Positions 10,362-19,489 of a DNA stretch of 64,000 nucleotides are shown here, in pieces. Origin of the DNA: a virus. The position numbers and the translations under genes were made by a program. How positions within the stretch are numbered: the first letter of the stretch is position 1; each line of letters opens with the position of its first letter. A model generated the notes under the pieces. The model ran no database searches. It had not been told where the DNA came from and saw nothing but the letters and a program-made list of their open reading frames with translations. The stretch lies in the IMG/VR virus record IMGVR_UViG_3300032883_000034, one strand, 5' to 3'.

Positions 10362-10371
10362 AGCATGGTCC

Positions 10372-11232
10372 TTAGTAGCCTATCATCTCGTATTTGCGCC
10401 AAGAAGCCGAATTCATCAAGCTGATCATAGCAATATTAAGCGTTGGCCCTGTTCCGGTAGATATAACCTGACTGCGGGGGTATGGGTAGATCAAAAAACA
10501 GTAGGGATTTTTGCCTATATAAATCATCTCCGCGTCTGACAGCGCGCGGTTCCATGCCAGCACCAGCGGGATCGAGCAGTTCGCCGCGCCGTCATCGGCA
10601 GCTTGAGCGCCAACACCACCGACAACCACCGCTTGCGATCCGGTGACGAGTGTTCCGGCGACGCTGTTGGGTGCCGAAGCCGTTACATTTTTACCGTCAA
10701 GCCATACGCTTGCGTTGCCACCAAAAAGGAACTTGCCGCCGAAAACGTGGAAATTACCATCTACACCAGATGTCGCGTTCGCCCCGCATTGCAAACCAAC
10801 GGTGTTCTGGACATAAAGCGCAAAATAACCGCTGTTTGCAACGGATTGATAGTTTACATCGGCAAGCAGCGTGATTTGCGTGTAGTCGGTGGACCCATGC
10901 CGCTGATTGAACAGAAACGGGTTTACTACGCCACTAGCCGCAGGGTTGGCGATGGCGATGATAGTAGTGTCACCACCCGTCAGCGGTTGCCATGTGCCGA
11001 AGTCGGCCTTTGTCGCGTCGGTCGATCCGGCTTTATAGGGTAGTCCGTAAAGCGATACGCTGGGTTGCACCCCAGTAGCTATAGTTGCCTTACGTCCGGT
11101 AATTAGATCAAATACATATCCGGGCTGTGTGACTGAACAAAATGCTAACTTATAGGATAATGGATGTGACCAATTAATACATGGTATTCCGACGCCGCCA
11201 AAAACATTAGGCTGGGGGAAGATGAGCGGCAT
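10372..11232 (-). CDS. LamG / concanavalin-A-like lectin-fold virion protein (286 aa)
   Basis: C-terminal pattern FHVFGGKF...VWLDGKNV...VVVGG...IPLVLAWNRALSDAEMIYIGKNPYCFL is typical of Laminin_G_3-type domains. Ends EMIGY. Confidence 0.55.
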   Translation of the reverse strand: MPLIFPQPNVFGGVGIPCINWSHPLSYKLAFCSVTQPGYVFDLITGRKATIATGVQPSVSLYGLPYKAGSTDATKADFGTWQPLTGGDTTIIAIANPAASGVVNPFLFNQRHGSTDYTQITLLADVNYQSVANSGYFALYVQNTVGLQCGANATSGVDGNFHVFGGKFLFGGNASVWLDGKNVTASAPNSVAGTLVTGSQAVVVGGVGAQAADDGAANCSIPLVLAWNRALSDAEMIYIGKNPYCFLIYPYPRSQVISTGTGPTLNIAMISLMNSASWRKYEMIGY

Positions 11233-11235
11233 TGG

Positions 11236-11736
11236 TTACGCATAGGTGTCGGCAACGGGGTAGACCTTGATCTGGGCCGAAGCTCCCATGGTCACGCCAG
11301 CATTGTTCTGGATGGCAAGTTTTGCCGTGCCGTAGGGCAGCGGCACAATAGGTCCGTTGGCATACCAGAGTGATCCTGCTTCAGCGCCATGGGTCGAAAG
11401 CGGGATTAAAAAGTCAGGAGAGCGCTGCAAGGGTATGTTGTTGCCGATGACGTTGGTGCTTTCCCAAGTCGTACCGCCGTCAATGCTATTCAGCCACCAA
11501 CCCGCGATATTGCAGCCAGCGGAGGCGGGCGTGAAGGATGCGCCAACGGTCAGGACCACATATCCATATTGAGCGGAGGGGCCAAGGTTGGTCTGCGAAA
11601 ACGAAACTGAGCATAGGGTCGTCTGACTAGACGTAAGGCTTGTCGATATATCCGAAGACGGAGCCAACGTAGAAACGGCATAGCCAGACCCGACAAGAAA
11701 GCCGTTGGTACCAGCTTGATGGATAAAGTTTGCCAT
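11236..11736 (-). CDS. Hypothetical virion protein (166 aa)
   Basis: ORF track, packed within the fibre region. Confidence 0.45.
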   Translation of the reverse strand: MANFIHQAGTNGFLVGSGYAVSTLAPSSDISTSLTSSQTTLCSVSFSQTNLGPSAQYGYVVLTVGASFTPASAGCNIAGWWLNSIDGGTTWESTNVIGNNIPLQRSPDFLIPLSTHGAEAGSLWYANGPIVPLPYGTAKLAIQNNAGVTMGASAQIKVYPVADTYA

Positions 11737-12182
11737 TAGACTAGGCCTCCAGCGGCTACAAGATCGTTCTGATTAATGGTTGGAGAAGCCAGACCGCCAC
11801 CACCTTGGGCGACCGGGGTATTGCACCACGGGGTAACCGTTGCCTTGGCCAAGGCGGTAAGATTGGCAATCGTGGTCGGGCCAGCATGTTTGGTCAGGAA
11901 CAGGTCAACGATCATCCCGGAAACCATATGGCTGGTCTGGGCACTACCGCCTATCAATTGTCCGGGGACATGCAGCATGGAAAGAAGATTGGATTGCTCT
12001 TGCGCTGTTAGCAGCAGAAATTCCGTATAATTGATGCAGTTAAGGAGCTGATCGCCGGTCGTGTACATCGTAGCCGGGACCGTGCCTGTCACCGTCAGGG
12101 CGTTGATCTGGTCCATCTTGGACTGGGTGGTGCCCGTCAGGGTATTCCACTTGGCGATAAGAGCGGTGTAGTCTTGCGACAT
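11736..12182 (-). CDS. Hypothetical virion protein (148 aa)
   Basis: ORF track; 1-nt overlap with the downstream gene. Confidence 0.45.
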   Translation of the reverse strand: MSQDYTALIAKWNTLTGTTQSKMDQINALTVTGTVPATMYTTGDQLLNCINYTEFLLLTAQEQSNLLSMLHVPGQLIGGSAQTSHMVSGMIVDLFLTKHAGPTTIANLTALAKATVTPWCNTPVAQGGGGLASPTINQNDLVAAGGLV

Positions 12183-12216
12183 ATCCTATTTCCTTATTGT
12201 AGCAAGGCAGGCTATC

Positions 12217-13467
12217 CTACATAAAGACAGAAACAGTCAGCAAACTAGCTACTATGTTACCAGAAATAGCGCCATAGAAGTTACATGCACCACCCGTATT
12301 TAATTCTACCGCTTGGAAAAAATGAACGCCCAGACCCGGATATCCGGAATATTTACCTATCACGGTGCTGCCTACGGCGGCTACATTGGCATTATATGCT
12401 TGCCCAACACTTTGCGCGGCGGTGTTAGTCGCGTCTAGGCCAACTCCACAATGACCGAACCCGCCACTGGCAGCAGGAACCGCTCCAGAAGCGTAATTTG
12501 CATCCACGGAATCCAAATCCAGTCCTCTGACAATAGTGGTGCGATTGGTGGTGCGGCCATTAACAGCGCGAAATGCACCGGTATTATTCGTCCAAGTAGC
12601 GCTCGTATCGCCAGTAACGCCAGTTACCCTGATGCGATTATAGGCATTCCATACGCCGAAGTATGCGGCTACTGGAGGATTAGCAACCGTGCCGTAAATC
12701 CAGTCGATCTGGGATGAGGCGTTGGATGCAATGGTGCCAACATAGGTGCCACGCAAGGCAGCGGGGCCGTTGGTAATCAGCGAGGTATTGAGCAAAATGC
12801 CATTCTGGTAGGTCAGGGTATAGCCGCGAGTTGTAGGCGTAGACCAAGCAGGGCCACGGGTGCATCTTAACACATAGGGAGATACCGTTGTATCCAGCCA
12901 GACAAAGAGATCGTAAACCGAACTAGCTCCAACCGCCGCAGGCGATTTGGTGGCATCCGTGGTAACTTGAGACATTTCTGTAAAAATAGTATTGACGAAG
13001 ACCTGTCCATCGAACACCGGAACCACGCTTCCAATATATGGCGTGTAATATACCGTGGTTTGACCTGACGTAGTGGCAGTCATGACAGGAGTGCCGGTCG
13101 TCAGCGTCAAGCGCCCCTGTGGCGATACGATATAGGGAAAGTCACCGGCCTTCGGTGTAATGAAGACCTGTGCTGCCGCCGTCATATTGATCGGAGTGGC
13201 CACGCCAGCGGTAGAAATATCGGGGGTTCTGGCTGTACCGCCAGCCCAAGGAGAGATACCCAATATCTTGGAAGACGAGAAGTAGGTGGCCGATCCTATC
13301 TCGGAGGCATTGGTATCGTTGATGGCATAGTTGACAAGCTGACCCGTAGCGGCAGTAGAACACAAAGCACCGTCAAAGGTCAGGAAACCCGACACCGCCG
13401 CATTGAGAGTAATGGTGTTCGTGCCGGTAGTGCTGACTGTCATGCGGGCCAGATTGAACAGTGCCAT
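12217..13467 (-). CDS. Tail fibre-like protein (416 aa)
   Basis: N-terminus MALFNLARMTVSTTGTNTITLNAAVSGFLTFDG...VNYAINDTNASEIGSATY resembles conserved N-termini of alphaproteobacterial phage/GTA fibre proteins (from memory). The rest is Ser/Thr/Gly-rich. Confidence 0.5.
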   Translation of the reverse strand: MALFNLARMTVSTTGTNTITLNAAVSGFLTFDGALCSTAATGQLVNYAINDTNASEIGSATYFSSSKILGISPWAGGTARTPDISTAGVATPINMTAAAQVFITPKAGDFPYIVSPQGRLTLTTGTPVMTATTSGQTTVYYTPYIGSVVPVFDGQVFVNTIFTEMSQVTTDATKSPAAVGASSVYDLFVWLDTTVSPYVLRCTRGPAWSTPTTRGYTLTYQNGILLNTSLITNGPAALRGTYVGTIASNASSQIDWIYGTVANPPVAAYFGVWNAYNRIRVTGVTGDTSATWTNNTGAFRAVNGRTTNRTTIVRGLDLDSVDANYASGAVPAASGGFGHCGVGLDATNTAAQSVGQAYNANVAAVGSTVIGKYSGYPGLGVHFFQAVELNTGGACNFYGAISGNIVASLLTVSVFM

Positions 13468-13469
13468 GG

Positions 13470-13772
13470 TTACAGCCCATACGATCTAAGGATACGTTCC
13501 CTGTTCTCTATTATCTCAAGCTTCTTCTCAAACGGAGTGCAGCCCTTTCCAAGACACTTAGGACATTCGAACTTCATGCATATCTTGCACAAGCCGCCCA
13601 TGTCGGCAGGGTCCATGAACGGCTTGATGTGAATTACACGATTACAATGATTACACGAGGCTGTATCTGTCTCGTGTATGCCGACGCCAATCTGCTCACA
13701 CCGCATCTTGTCAAAGACAACGGTAGTTTGAACCGGAGAAGTAATAAGCGCATAACCATGCGGAGATCGCAT
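13470..13772 (-). CDS. Small Cys-rich (multi-CxxC) protein (100 aa)
   Basis: I used an internal ATG at 13772 because the track start at 13898 would overlap the upstream gene. CNHCNRV...CKICMKFECPKCLGKGC. Confidence 0.45.
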   Translation of the reverse strand: MRSPHGYALITSPVQTTVVFDKMRCEQIGVGIHETDTASCNHCNRVIHIKPFMDPADMGGLCKICMKFECPKCLGKGCTPFEKKLEIIENRERILRSYGL

Positions 13773-13786
13773 AACGCAACCTAAGC

Positions 13787-14347
13787 TTACTGTTCTTGTA
13801 CAAGGAGCGTAGCGCTGACCAAACCTACGTAACCGCCGCCGCCGCCAGCGCCCTGAATCGCACGGAGCGCGAGGCCGTTGGAAGAAGTCGCGGGCCATAC
13901 CAGCTCAGAACCGGGAGCGGCCACCCAGCGATAGGAAGCGCGTTGGTTAATGGCCACGTTCCAGATGTCTGCAACATAGGTTCCGATTTCCGCCGAAGAA
14001 TTTACATATATGGCGGAGTTGGCGGGAGAGTCGGCACCGTCGAGCGCGAACAATGAAGAAGCACTCGTCAATGCTCCCACAAAGATATTGGTAGAAATCG
14101 CCGTGCCTCTCATAACGTCCCATTGAACCGAGGTATCGCCGGGGGTGGAGGGTTGCCCAATAAGAATGTCGTAAAGCTTGCCGCGCCGTGGGATGTATGG
14201 CGTTGCCGCAGTAGCGCCAGAAAAAGCGGAACCGGAGTTTGAAGACCCGTTTCCGACAACAGCAATCGTATTATACGCTGCACTGATAGCCCGTGGCGTA
14301 CCGCCAAAGGTGATACCGGTAGAGTTAGAAACTGCGTAGTTAGCCAT
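13787..14347 (-). CDS. Hypothetical virion protein (186 aa)
   Basis: ORF track; Ser/Thr/Gly/Ala-rich; structural operon. Confidence 0.5.
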   Translation of the reverse strand: MANYAVSNSTGITFGGTPRAISAAYNTIAVVGNGSSNSGSAFSGATAATPYIPRRGKLYDILIGQPSTPGDTSVQWDVMRGTAISTNIFVGALTSASSLFALDGADSPANSAIYVNSSAEIGTYVADIWNVAINQRASYRWVAAPGSELVWPATSSNGLALRAIQGAGGGGGYVGLVSATLLVQEQ

Positions 14348-14428
14348 GGCGTAATCTCCTTATCCTTGGCCGATTAGAATGAAACTAGTGCCCAGATAGA
14401 CTATCGATATATTTACTTCAGATTGCAT

Positions 14429-15376
14429 TTATCCCTGACCTATCCAAATCGAGCGAAAATAATCGATGTCTTCGAGGGCACCCTCAAGATAGGTGATGTT
14501 ACGCTGTATCTCCTGTACCCTCTGGTGTACTGGATCGTTCTTCATTTCGACTATCCGCGCCTTAAGTTCGGTTTCGCGGGCCAGAACCTTGCGACCAAAT
14601 GGGGTTACCTCCGAGTAGCCATAGAGGCCCGGAGATCGCATGATATCGCTCTCATGGGGAGCGCTTACCTTGATGCCGCGTTTTTCGGCTTCGTGCCTGA
14701 AGAAGAAGAAGCCGGGACGCTGAAGGATGTATTCGTCGCGAGATGCCATGTCGATCCCGTACAGGGCAATCTCGGTAGCGCCCTGCTTCATGGCGAAGGC
14801 CATCATCCATGCAAATGAGGATGTAAAGAAGCCGTCGCCAAATTCAGCAACCATCTCCTTATAAGGAAACGAAAGGGCATTGGGGATAACGCTGTTATCC
14901 TGCATGTAAAGCGGAATATTGAGCGTCTTCATCCAGTTGATATAAGGCTCGCCGTAATGCTTGTTTTCCGGCCACATCAAATTGCCGTGGAGTTCGAACC
15001 ACGCATCGACGCGGGGGATGACATTCTGGTTGCCCGGAGAACAACACCAGATCGTCCATGACGGGTCATTGAAGGGGGCCAACAGCCGGGAAGACGGGGC
15101 GGTGCCAATCAGGGCGACCTTGAGCGGCTTTGACTCTGCGGCAGGGGCAATTGGGAGGGGTGCGACAACGGCGGGTTGTTCACTGTTTGTTCCCAAAAAA
15201 GCATTGGGCATCTGGATGGGCGGAAGCTGGGCCTCGCTTTGAAGCGGCTCATGAACCGCTTCGATCTTTAACTTGCGGACATATGGCCTTTTAATCCGCT
15301 CTTCTGTGTGTGGCGCAGCATGAATCCCGCCGTTTCCATTGACGGAATCGTTATAGGTAGGCGTAAGTTTCCCCAT
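14429..15376 (-). CDS. Putative nonulosonic-acid (sialyl-type) transferase, GT42 / Maf (DUF115)-like (315 aa)
   Basis: KVALIGTAPSS...WTIWCCS resembles the Cst-II start VIIAGNGPSL...DVFRCN. TSSFAWMMAFAMKQGATEIALYGIDMA resembles Cst-II TSGVYMCAVAIALGYKEIYLSGIDF and the Maf/MptE-like GGSV...LG...I.L.G.D motif. The comparison is from memory and needs profile confirmation. Confidence 0.4.
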   Translation of the reverse strand: MGKLTPTYNDSVNGNGGIHAAPHTEERIKRPYVRKLKIEAVHEPLQSEAQLPPIQMPNAFLGTNSEQPAVVAPLPIAPAAESKPLKVALIGTAPSSRLLAPFNDPSWTIWCCSPGNQNVIPRVDAWFELHGNLMWPENKHYGEPYINWMKTLNIPLYMQDNSVIPNALSFPYKEMVAEFGDGFFTSSFAWMMAFAMKQGATEIALYGIDMASRDEYILQRPGFFFFRHEAEKRGIKVSAPHESDIMRSPGLYGYSEVTPFGRKVLARETELKARIVEMKNDPVHQRVQEIQRNITYLEGALEDIDYFRSIWIGQG

Positions 15377-15378
15377 AT

Positions 15379-15768
15379 TTAACTACCTGTTATCTGGGCC
15401 GATATCACGGCCACGGTTTGTCCAGCGGATATCAAGGTGCTATTCAATCCATTACTCAGGATTATGTCTACTCCGGTAGCACCCGGTATCCCTACGGTTA
15501 AGCCGCTGACTTGAACGGCTCCGCTGAAATCTTTTACCACAGCTCCATTTACGAAGCCAGTAGCTGAAGCGGCGGGGTCCAGCAGGGTACCCTGAAAGGT
15601 GAGTATCCCTCCAGCTACTGTACCGCTGGGCACAGACAGGGCTATGGTGGAAATGGTGGTGCCTGAAGAGGTCAGGATCAGGCTTCCGTTGCCTCCCCCG
15701 CTATCGATGGCGGTTACGACACCTAAAAGACGATAGTTAATGCAACTCTGGCTATAAGTAAGAGACAC
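15379..15768 (-). CDS. Small Ser/Thr/Gly-rich virion protein (129 aa)
   Basis: ORF track; 2-nt spacing to neighbours. Confidence 0.45.
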   Translation of the reverse strand: MSLTYSQSCINYRLLGVVTAIDSGGGNGSLILTSSGTTISTIALSVPSGTVAGGILTFQGTLLDPAASATGFVNGAVVKDFSGAVQVSGLTVGIPGATGVDIILSNGLNSTLISAGQTVAVISAQITGS

Positions 15769-15769
15769 C

Positions 15770-16174
15770 TCACCAACCGTCCCCTTGGATTACCTTCATC
15801 GTAATGATTGTGGTGGTGCCTGCTGTAAGGGATGTGCTGTTCATGCGAACGGCGGCAACGGGGTTAAGAAAGGAAATGGTATAGCCGGTATCAAACCATG
15901 TCGTGCTGGTTAGCTGAAGCGCCGTATTGCTGCCAGCGGCGCTGGAAATGGGGAGCCAGACCACAAGGCTGGATGGGACACGCTGAATATCGTCCAGAGT
16001 ATATTGGAGGGTGGCAGTACAAGAACTGACAGACGAGTTCCAGCTCAGAGAAACGGTAGATGGCTTCCCACCTATCCAGTTAAGGGCAACGGAATTGCTC
16101 GGCCCCGGAGTGGTGCTGTTAGCGACCGAGGTGCTGAGTGGGATTGTCGATAGGGTTACCGAAGCATAAGGCAT
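15770..16174 (-). CDS. Small Ser/Thr-rich virion protein (134 aa), paralogue of 17317-17682
   Basis: Shares CTATLQYTLDD / CANVYVQFTLDD, W..ISSA / WCALSSA and a C-terminal ...ST..AG...ITMKVIQ / VTMKALQ with the 121-aa protein. Confidence 0.5.
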   Translation of the reverse strand: MPYASVTLSTIPLSTSVANSTTPGPSNSVALNWIGGKPSTVSLSWNSSVSSCTATLQYTLDDIQRVPSSLVVWLPISSAAGSNTALQLTSTTWFDTGYTISFLNPVAAVRMNSTSLTAGTTTIITMKVIQGDGW

Positions 16175-16311
16175 CCATCACCCCTGCGGAAACGGTTGAG
16201 GATGAGGAGTGTCCTGAATTGGCCTTTGGATAGGTCTTGAGTGAGACATCAATGTGGCCTTAACCTTGAGGGTGATTGACTTACAATATCAAACATATAA
16301 TACTGGATGCA

Positions 16312-16854
16312 ATGCGCAGTAAAAATCAATTTCGAAGAAATCAATCCCGAGGCAAAATCAGAATGCTTTGCGCCGGGTGCGGCAAAACCTTTACGCGATA
16401 TGCGGCCCACATAAGAGGAAATACCACATCTTGTTCTCAGGAATGCTCTTGGATTATTAAACCCAAGAAACAACAAACGCTTGTTGAGTTTACCTGCATG
16501 GGGTGTGGCGCGACCTTTCAGAGAAGAAAGGGGTACGGTGGCCCCGGAAAATATTGCTCTGCAAAATGCAGACAGCAATTTTCCACACGCAAAGGGAAAG
16601 ATCACCCAAGATGGAGAGGCGGAATTTCTAAAAGAAAACACTCTGACAGAATAGCCGTCAGAGAAAGGCTTAAAGAAATCAAGGCCTGCGAAAGATGCGG
16701 TTCCTCTGAACATCTTCACGGCCATCACAAAAAGTCCTATTCCGACTATCCTGAATTAAGAGCAGATATTTCTAACATTGAAATTCTTTGCATCCACTGT
16801 CATGCAAAAGAGCATCCAAAGGTTAGTAAGCTGTTACTTTCTAGGATGGCCTAA
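16312..16854 (+). CDS. HNH homing endonuclease with N-terminal Cys-rich zinc fingers
   Basis: CERCGSSEHLHGHHKKSY...NIEILCIHCHAKEH (HNH). Opposite strand to all flanking structural genes. The track start at 16276 is TTG; the first ATG is at 16312, so the start is uncertain. Confidence 0.8.
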   Translation: MRSKNQFRRNQSRGKIRMLCAGCGKTFTRYAAHIRGNTTSCSQECSWIIKPKKQQTLVEFTCMGCGATFQRRKGYGGPGKYCSAKCRQQFSTRKGKDHPRWRGGISKRKHSDRIAVRERLKEIKACERCGSSEHLHGHHKKSYSDYPELRADISNIEILCIHCHAKEHPKVSKLLLSRMA

Positions 16855-17028
16855 ACTTAGAGAAAGTAAGGGCCAATCTAGCTCTTTTACCCAAAATGCC
16901 CGGAGCGTGGCGTTTTTCTTTTGCAAATTCAGCGGTGGATTTACCGGCTCTATGAGCCGCCATTCTGAAGCTCCCCGGCTTCGCGACAGCGTGTTGCATC
17001 CAAGTAGCGCTACCTCCGGTTGAGTAAT

Positions 17029-17304
17029 CTAGCCCCCCTTTTGATAGGCCGAGGAGAAGGGGTTCTTGTCGGAGCCAGAGCGACCGCCACGGGCGCGTTT
17101 GTCGAGGCGACCACCGGTTGCCTTGCCCGGCACCTTGCCGCCTTCGGCCTTGGTGATTGCGCCCTTCTTGTCACCCTGCTTGGCTTCCTTGACAACATCC
17201 TTGTTGCCGTAGTCAAGCTGGGCTTTCTTTACCCCGGCGATCTTGCCCTTGTCGGACTTCATGCCAGTAGAGTTACCAGCCTGAGATTTGTGTCTATTAG
17301 CCAT
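17029..17304 (-). CDS. Small Lys/Gly-rich basic protein (91 aa)
   Basis: ORF track. Contains GGRLDKRARGG, also present in 23394-24281. Confidence 0.5.
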   Translation of the reverse strand: MANRHKSQAGNSTGMKSDKGKIAGVKKAQLDYGNKDVVKEAKQGDKKGAITKAEGGKVPGKATGGRLDKRARGGRSGSDKNPFSSAYQKGG

Positions 17305-17316
17305 CTTGATCTCCTG

Positions 17317-17682
17317 TTAACCGGTAACGGCCTGAAGGGCCTTCATGGTGACAACGGTACCGGCTCCAGCCGCTGTGGTGGATGATAACCTCAGGCCTCC
17401 AAGCGGAGACAAGATCGTATAGAGAGCGCCACCGGCACCTACACTGATATCGACCGCCGAAGAAGCGATAGCCGAACTAAGAGCACACCAAGTTACGGAG
17501 GGGCCGCCCACAATGGTCGGATCATCCAACGTAAACTGGACGTAAACGTTTGCACAGGAAGAACCGGATGCTGCGGTAACCTGAACGGTCGTGGTTCGCA
17601 TCACCGGGTTAAGCGTAATAGCGGCAGAGTTACCTACCGCAACCGAGGTAGAGGCATTGGAAAGAGTGGTATATTGAGCCAT
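17317..17682 (-). CDS. Small Ser/Thr-rich virion protein (121 aa), paralogue of 15770-16174
   Basis: See 15770-16174. Confidence 0.5.
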   Translation of the reverse strand: MAQYTTLSNASTSVAVGNSAAITLNPVMRTTTVQVTAASGSSCANVYVQFTLDDPTIVGGPSVTWCALSSAIASSAVDISVGAGGALYTILSPLGGLRLSSTTAAGAGTVVTMKALQAVTG

Positions 17683-17866
17683 TGCGGTGGTCCTCGTTTA
17701 GTAGCTAAAGATCGAATACCAGTAGTATTTAGTTATGGCCTCGTTCGCAGCCGATGTGGCGCGAGAGGTCATGGGGTTAAAGGTCGCCACCTGAACACCG
17801 TAGATTGAGCCGATGGTATTAAAGACTGACAGCACAACCTTATTCCTTTTCCTGCTATCTGTCTAA

Positions 17867-18907
17867 TTAGACAGAGCTATATTGCGTAACCCCAAATACA
17901 GAACTGTAATCCGAATTGCTGACCCCGAAAGCCATGGCCGGGGTTATGGTGCGGTTAATCACGAACCTTACCGAAGAACCATCCGATGCGGTGGTCGAGG
18001 CATAGGTACCCCGAACGTCGCCCGTGGTGGAGGTCGCCGTAGCGGTAGCGCCCAAGGTGATGGTAGCGCTGGTCAGGACCACCGTGCCAGAACTGTTGTA
18101 GGCGGTCGTAGAAATGAAGACACTCGTATCCGGGCTGAGATAGTTTACGAACAGCGGGAAGCCATAAGTGTCATTGGTGCCGATACCAACCCCGGTGCTG
18201 GTGGTGGTCGTGGACATCACAACAGACGCGATATATTTATAAGCCTTCAGCGTCTTCACGGTTATCCCAGCAGCGTTGGTCGAGGCTCTGGTGGTGTCGG
18301 TTAAGGCAAGCGTTTCGGTAATCTTGAAACCATAAAAATCCCTGCCAGAGATGGTAATAGGACCATCGCCGCTGCTTGAAGTGGTAATGGCCAAGCAACG
18401 GCCAGCGCCGCCAGCCGGATTCCAAGCATTGACTGTATTGGAAGGTCCGAAGCCCAACATAACAGCGGTACTGTCGATGCAGAGTAGGGTACCTGTGGCG
18501 CGTCCGGTTTCCGGGGCGACAATGGTCGTAGGAGTAATGCCGGTTTTGGACGAGAAGAGATTAACGGCAATAGCACAGGTAGGCCAAATAAGGGCCGGGG
18601 CCGTGACTGGGTTGGCGGTTGTAAAGGCGAAAGAGTTGGTGCTGGAGAACGTGCTGGTCATCAGCAAATTGCTGCTGATGGCAGACGGGATATAATCTAC
18701 CGTGTAACGGTTATTGAAAAAGCCAAAGATATCCGTACCCTGACGGCTACCCGGCTTATAGCTAAACGCCCCTCTGGGGTCAGCAAACAACGTCCCCAAG
18801 TCAAATATGCTGGGGCCGCGTTCGTCATTGTATTCAGTGACGGTGCCGTTAGCTTGAGTAACGGCACCGTAACTGAGAAACGGACCTGAGTTGGCAGTAA
18901 GGGACAT
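17867..18907 (-). CDS. Major Ser/Thr-rich virion protein (346 aa)
   Basis: ORF track. First structural gene after the capsid gene, separated from it only by a homing endonuclease. TTTTSTG and ATATATSTTG tracts. Confidence 0.55.
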   Translation of the reverse strand: MSLTANSGPFLSYGAVTQANGTVTEYNDERGPSIFDLGTLFADPRGAFSYKPGSRQGTDIFGFFNNRYTVDYIPSAISSNLLMTSTFSSTNSFAFTTANPVTAPALIWPTCAIAVNLFSSKTGITPTTIVAPETGRATGTLLCIDSTAVMLGFGPSNTVNAWNPAGGAGRCLAITTSSSGDGPITISGRDFYGFKITETLALTDTTRASTNAAGITVKTLKAYKYIASVVMSTTTTSTGVGIGTNDTYGFPLFVNYLSPDTSVFISTTAYNSSGTVVLTSATITLGATATATSTTGDVRGTYASTTASDGSSVRFVINRTITPAMAFGVSNSDYSSVFGVTQYSSV

Positions 18908-18909
18908 GT

Positions 18910-19419
18910 CTAGGATGCCCCCTCACTGGCAAACTCTCCATGAAACTCAGGAAGCTTGTTACAATAGGCGTTATAGGCCTCTTCGGCGGAATTATATCGC
19001 TTACTGGATTTAATTCTCTTGCCGTTCACCACAACTTGCCACCTGTATTTGTTTCTCTCTTTATCGTGAACTACGCACTTGAAACCAATAGAATTGTCTT
19101 TTCTGATACCGTTATTTTGTTTGTTCTGTGAAGGGGTAGCTTCCCTCAAATTTTCCCAACGATCATCACTTGGATTGCGATTGATATGATCCATTTGATG
19201 CTTGGGCCACTCACCAGTTACACAGAAAAACGCCAGACGAGAGACTCGATATAGAGTTCCATCAATACAGATAGAACGATACCCCTCAGAATTAAGACTA
19301 CCTGCTATGGTCCCGGCTGGATATCTTCCATAACGACCGGCATTCTGCCGCCATGTAAAATTTCCAGTGGTTTGATTATAGTCTAGTAGCTCAATTAACC
19401 TTTCATGCGTCAGGTCCAT
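18910..19419 (-). CDS. HNH (HNH_3-type) homing endonuclease with C-terminal AP2-like domain
   Basis: LIELLDYNQTTGNFTWR...DHINRNPSDDRWENLREATPSQNKQN...EEAYNAYCNKLPEFHGEFA. Paralogue of 62648-63166. AT-rich. Start chosen by alignment to the paralogue; the track start is 19458. Confidence 0.8.
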   Translation of the reverse strand: MDLTHERLIELLDYNQTTGNFTWRQNAGRYGRYPAGTIAGSLNSEGYRSICIDGTLYRVSRLAFFCVTGEWPKHQMDHINRNPSDDRWENLREATPSQNKQNNGIRKDNSIGFKCVVHDKERNKYRWQVVVNGKRIKSSKRYNSAEEAYNAYCNKLPEFHGEFASEGAS

Positions 19420-19489
19420 TTTTATTTCCCATGTAAATGTCACTATGGACAAATACATGGGTAACTTATTTTGGTCAATAGTTAACTAA

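Noticed and set aside
17698-17835. Possible 45-codon GTG-initiated minus ORF in the 184-bp gap between 17867 and 17682
   Set aside because: It has an AGGAAAAGGA SD-like sequence upstream and an open frame. It is too short and unsupported to call without comparative data.
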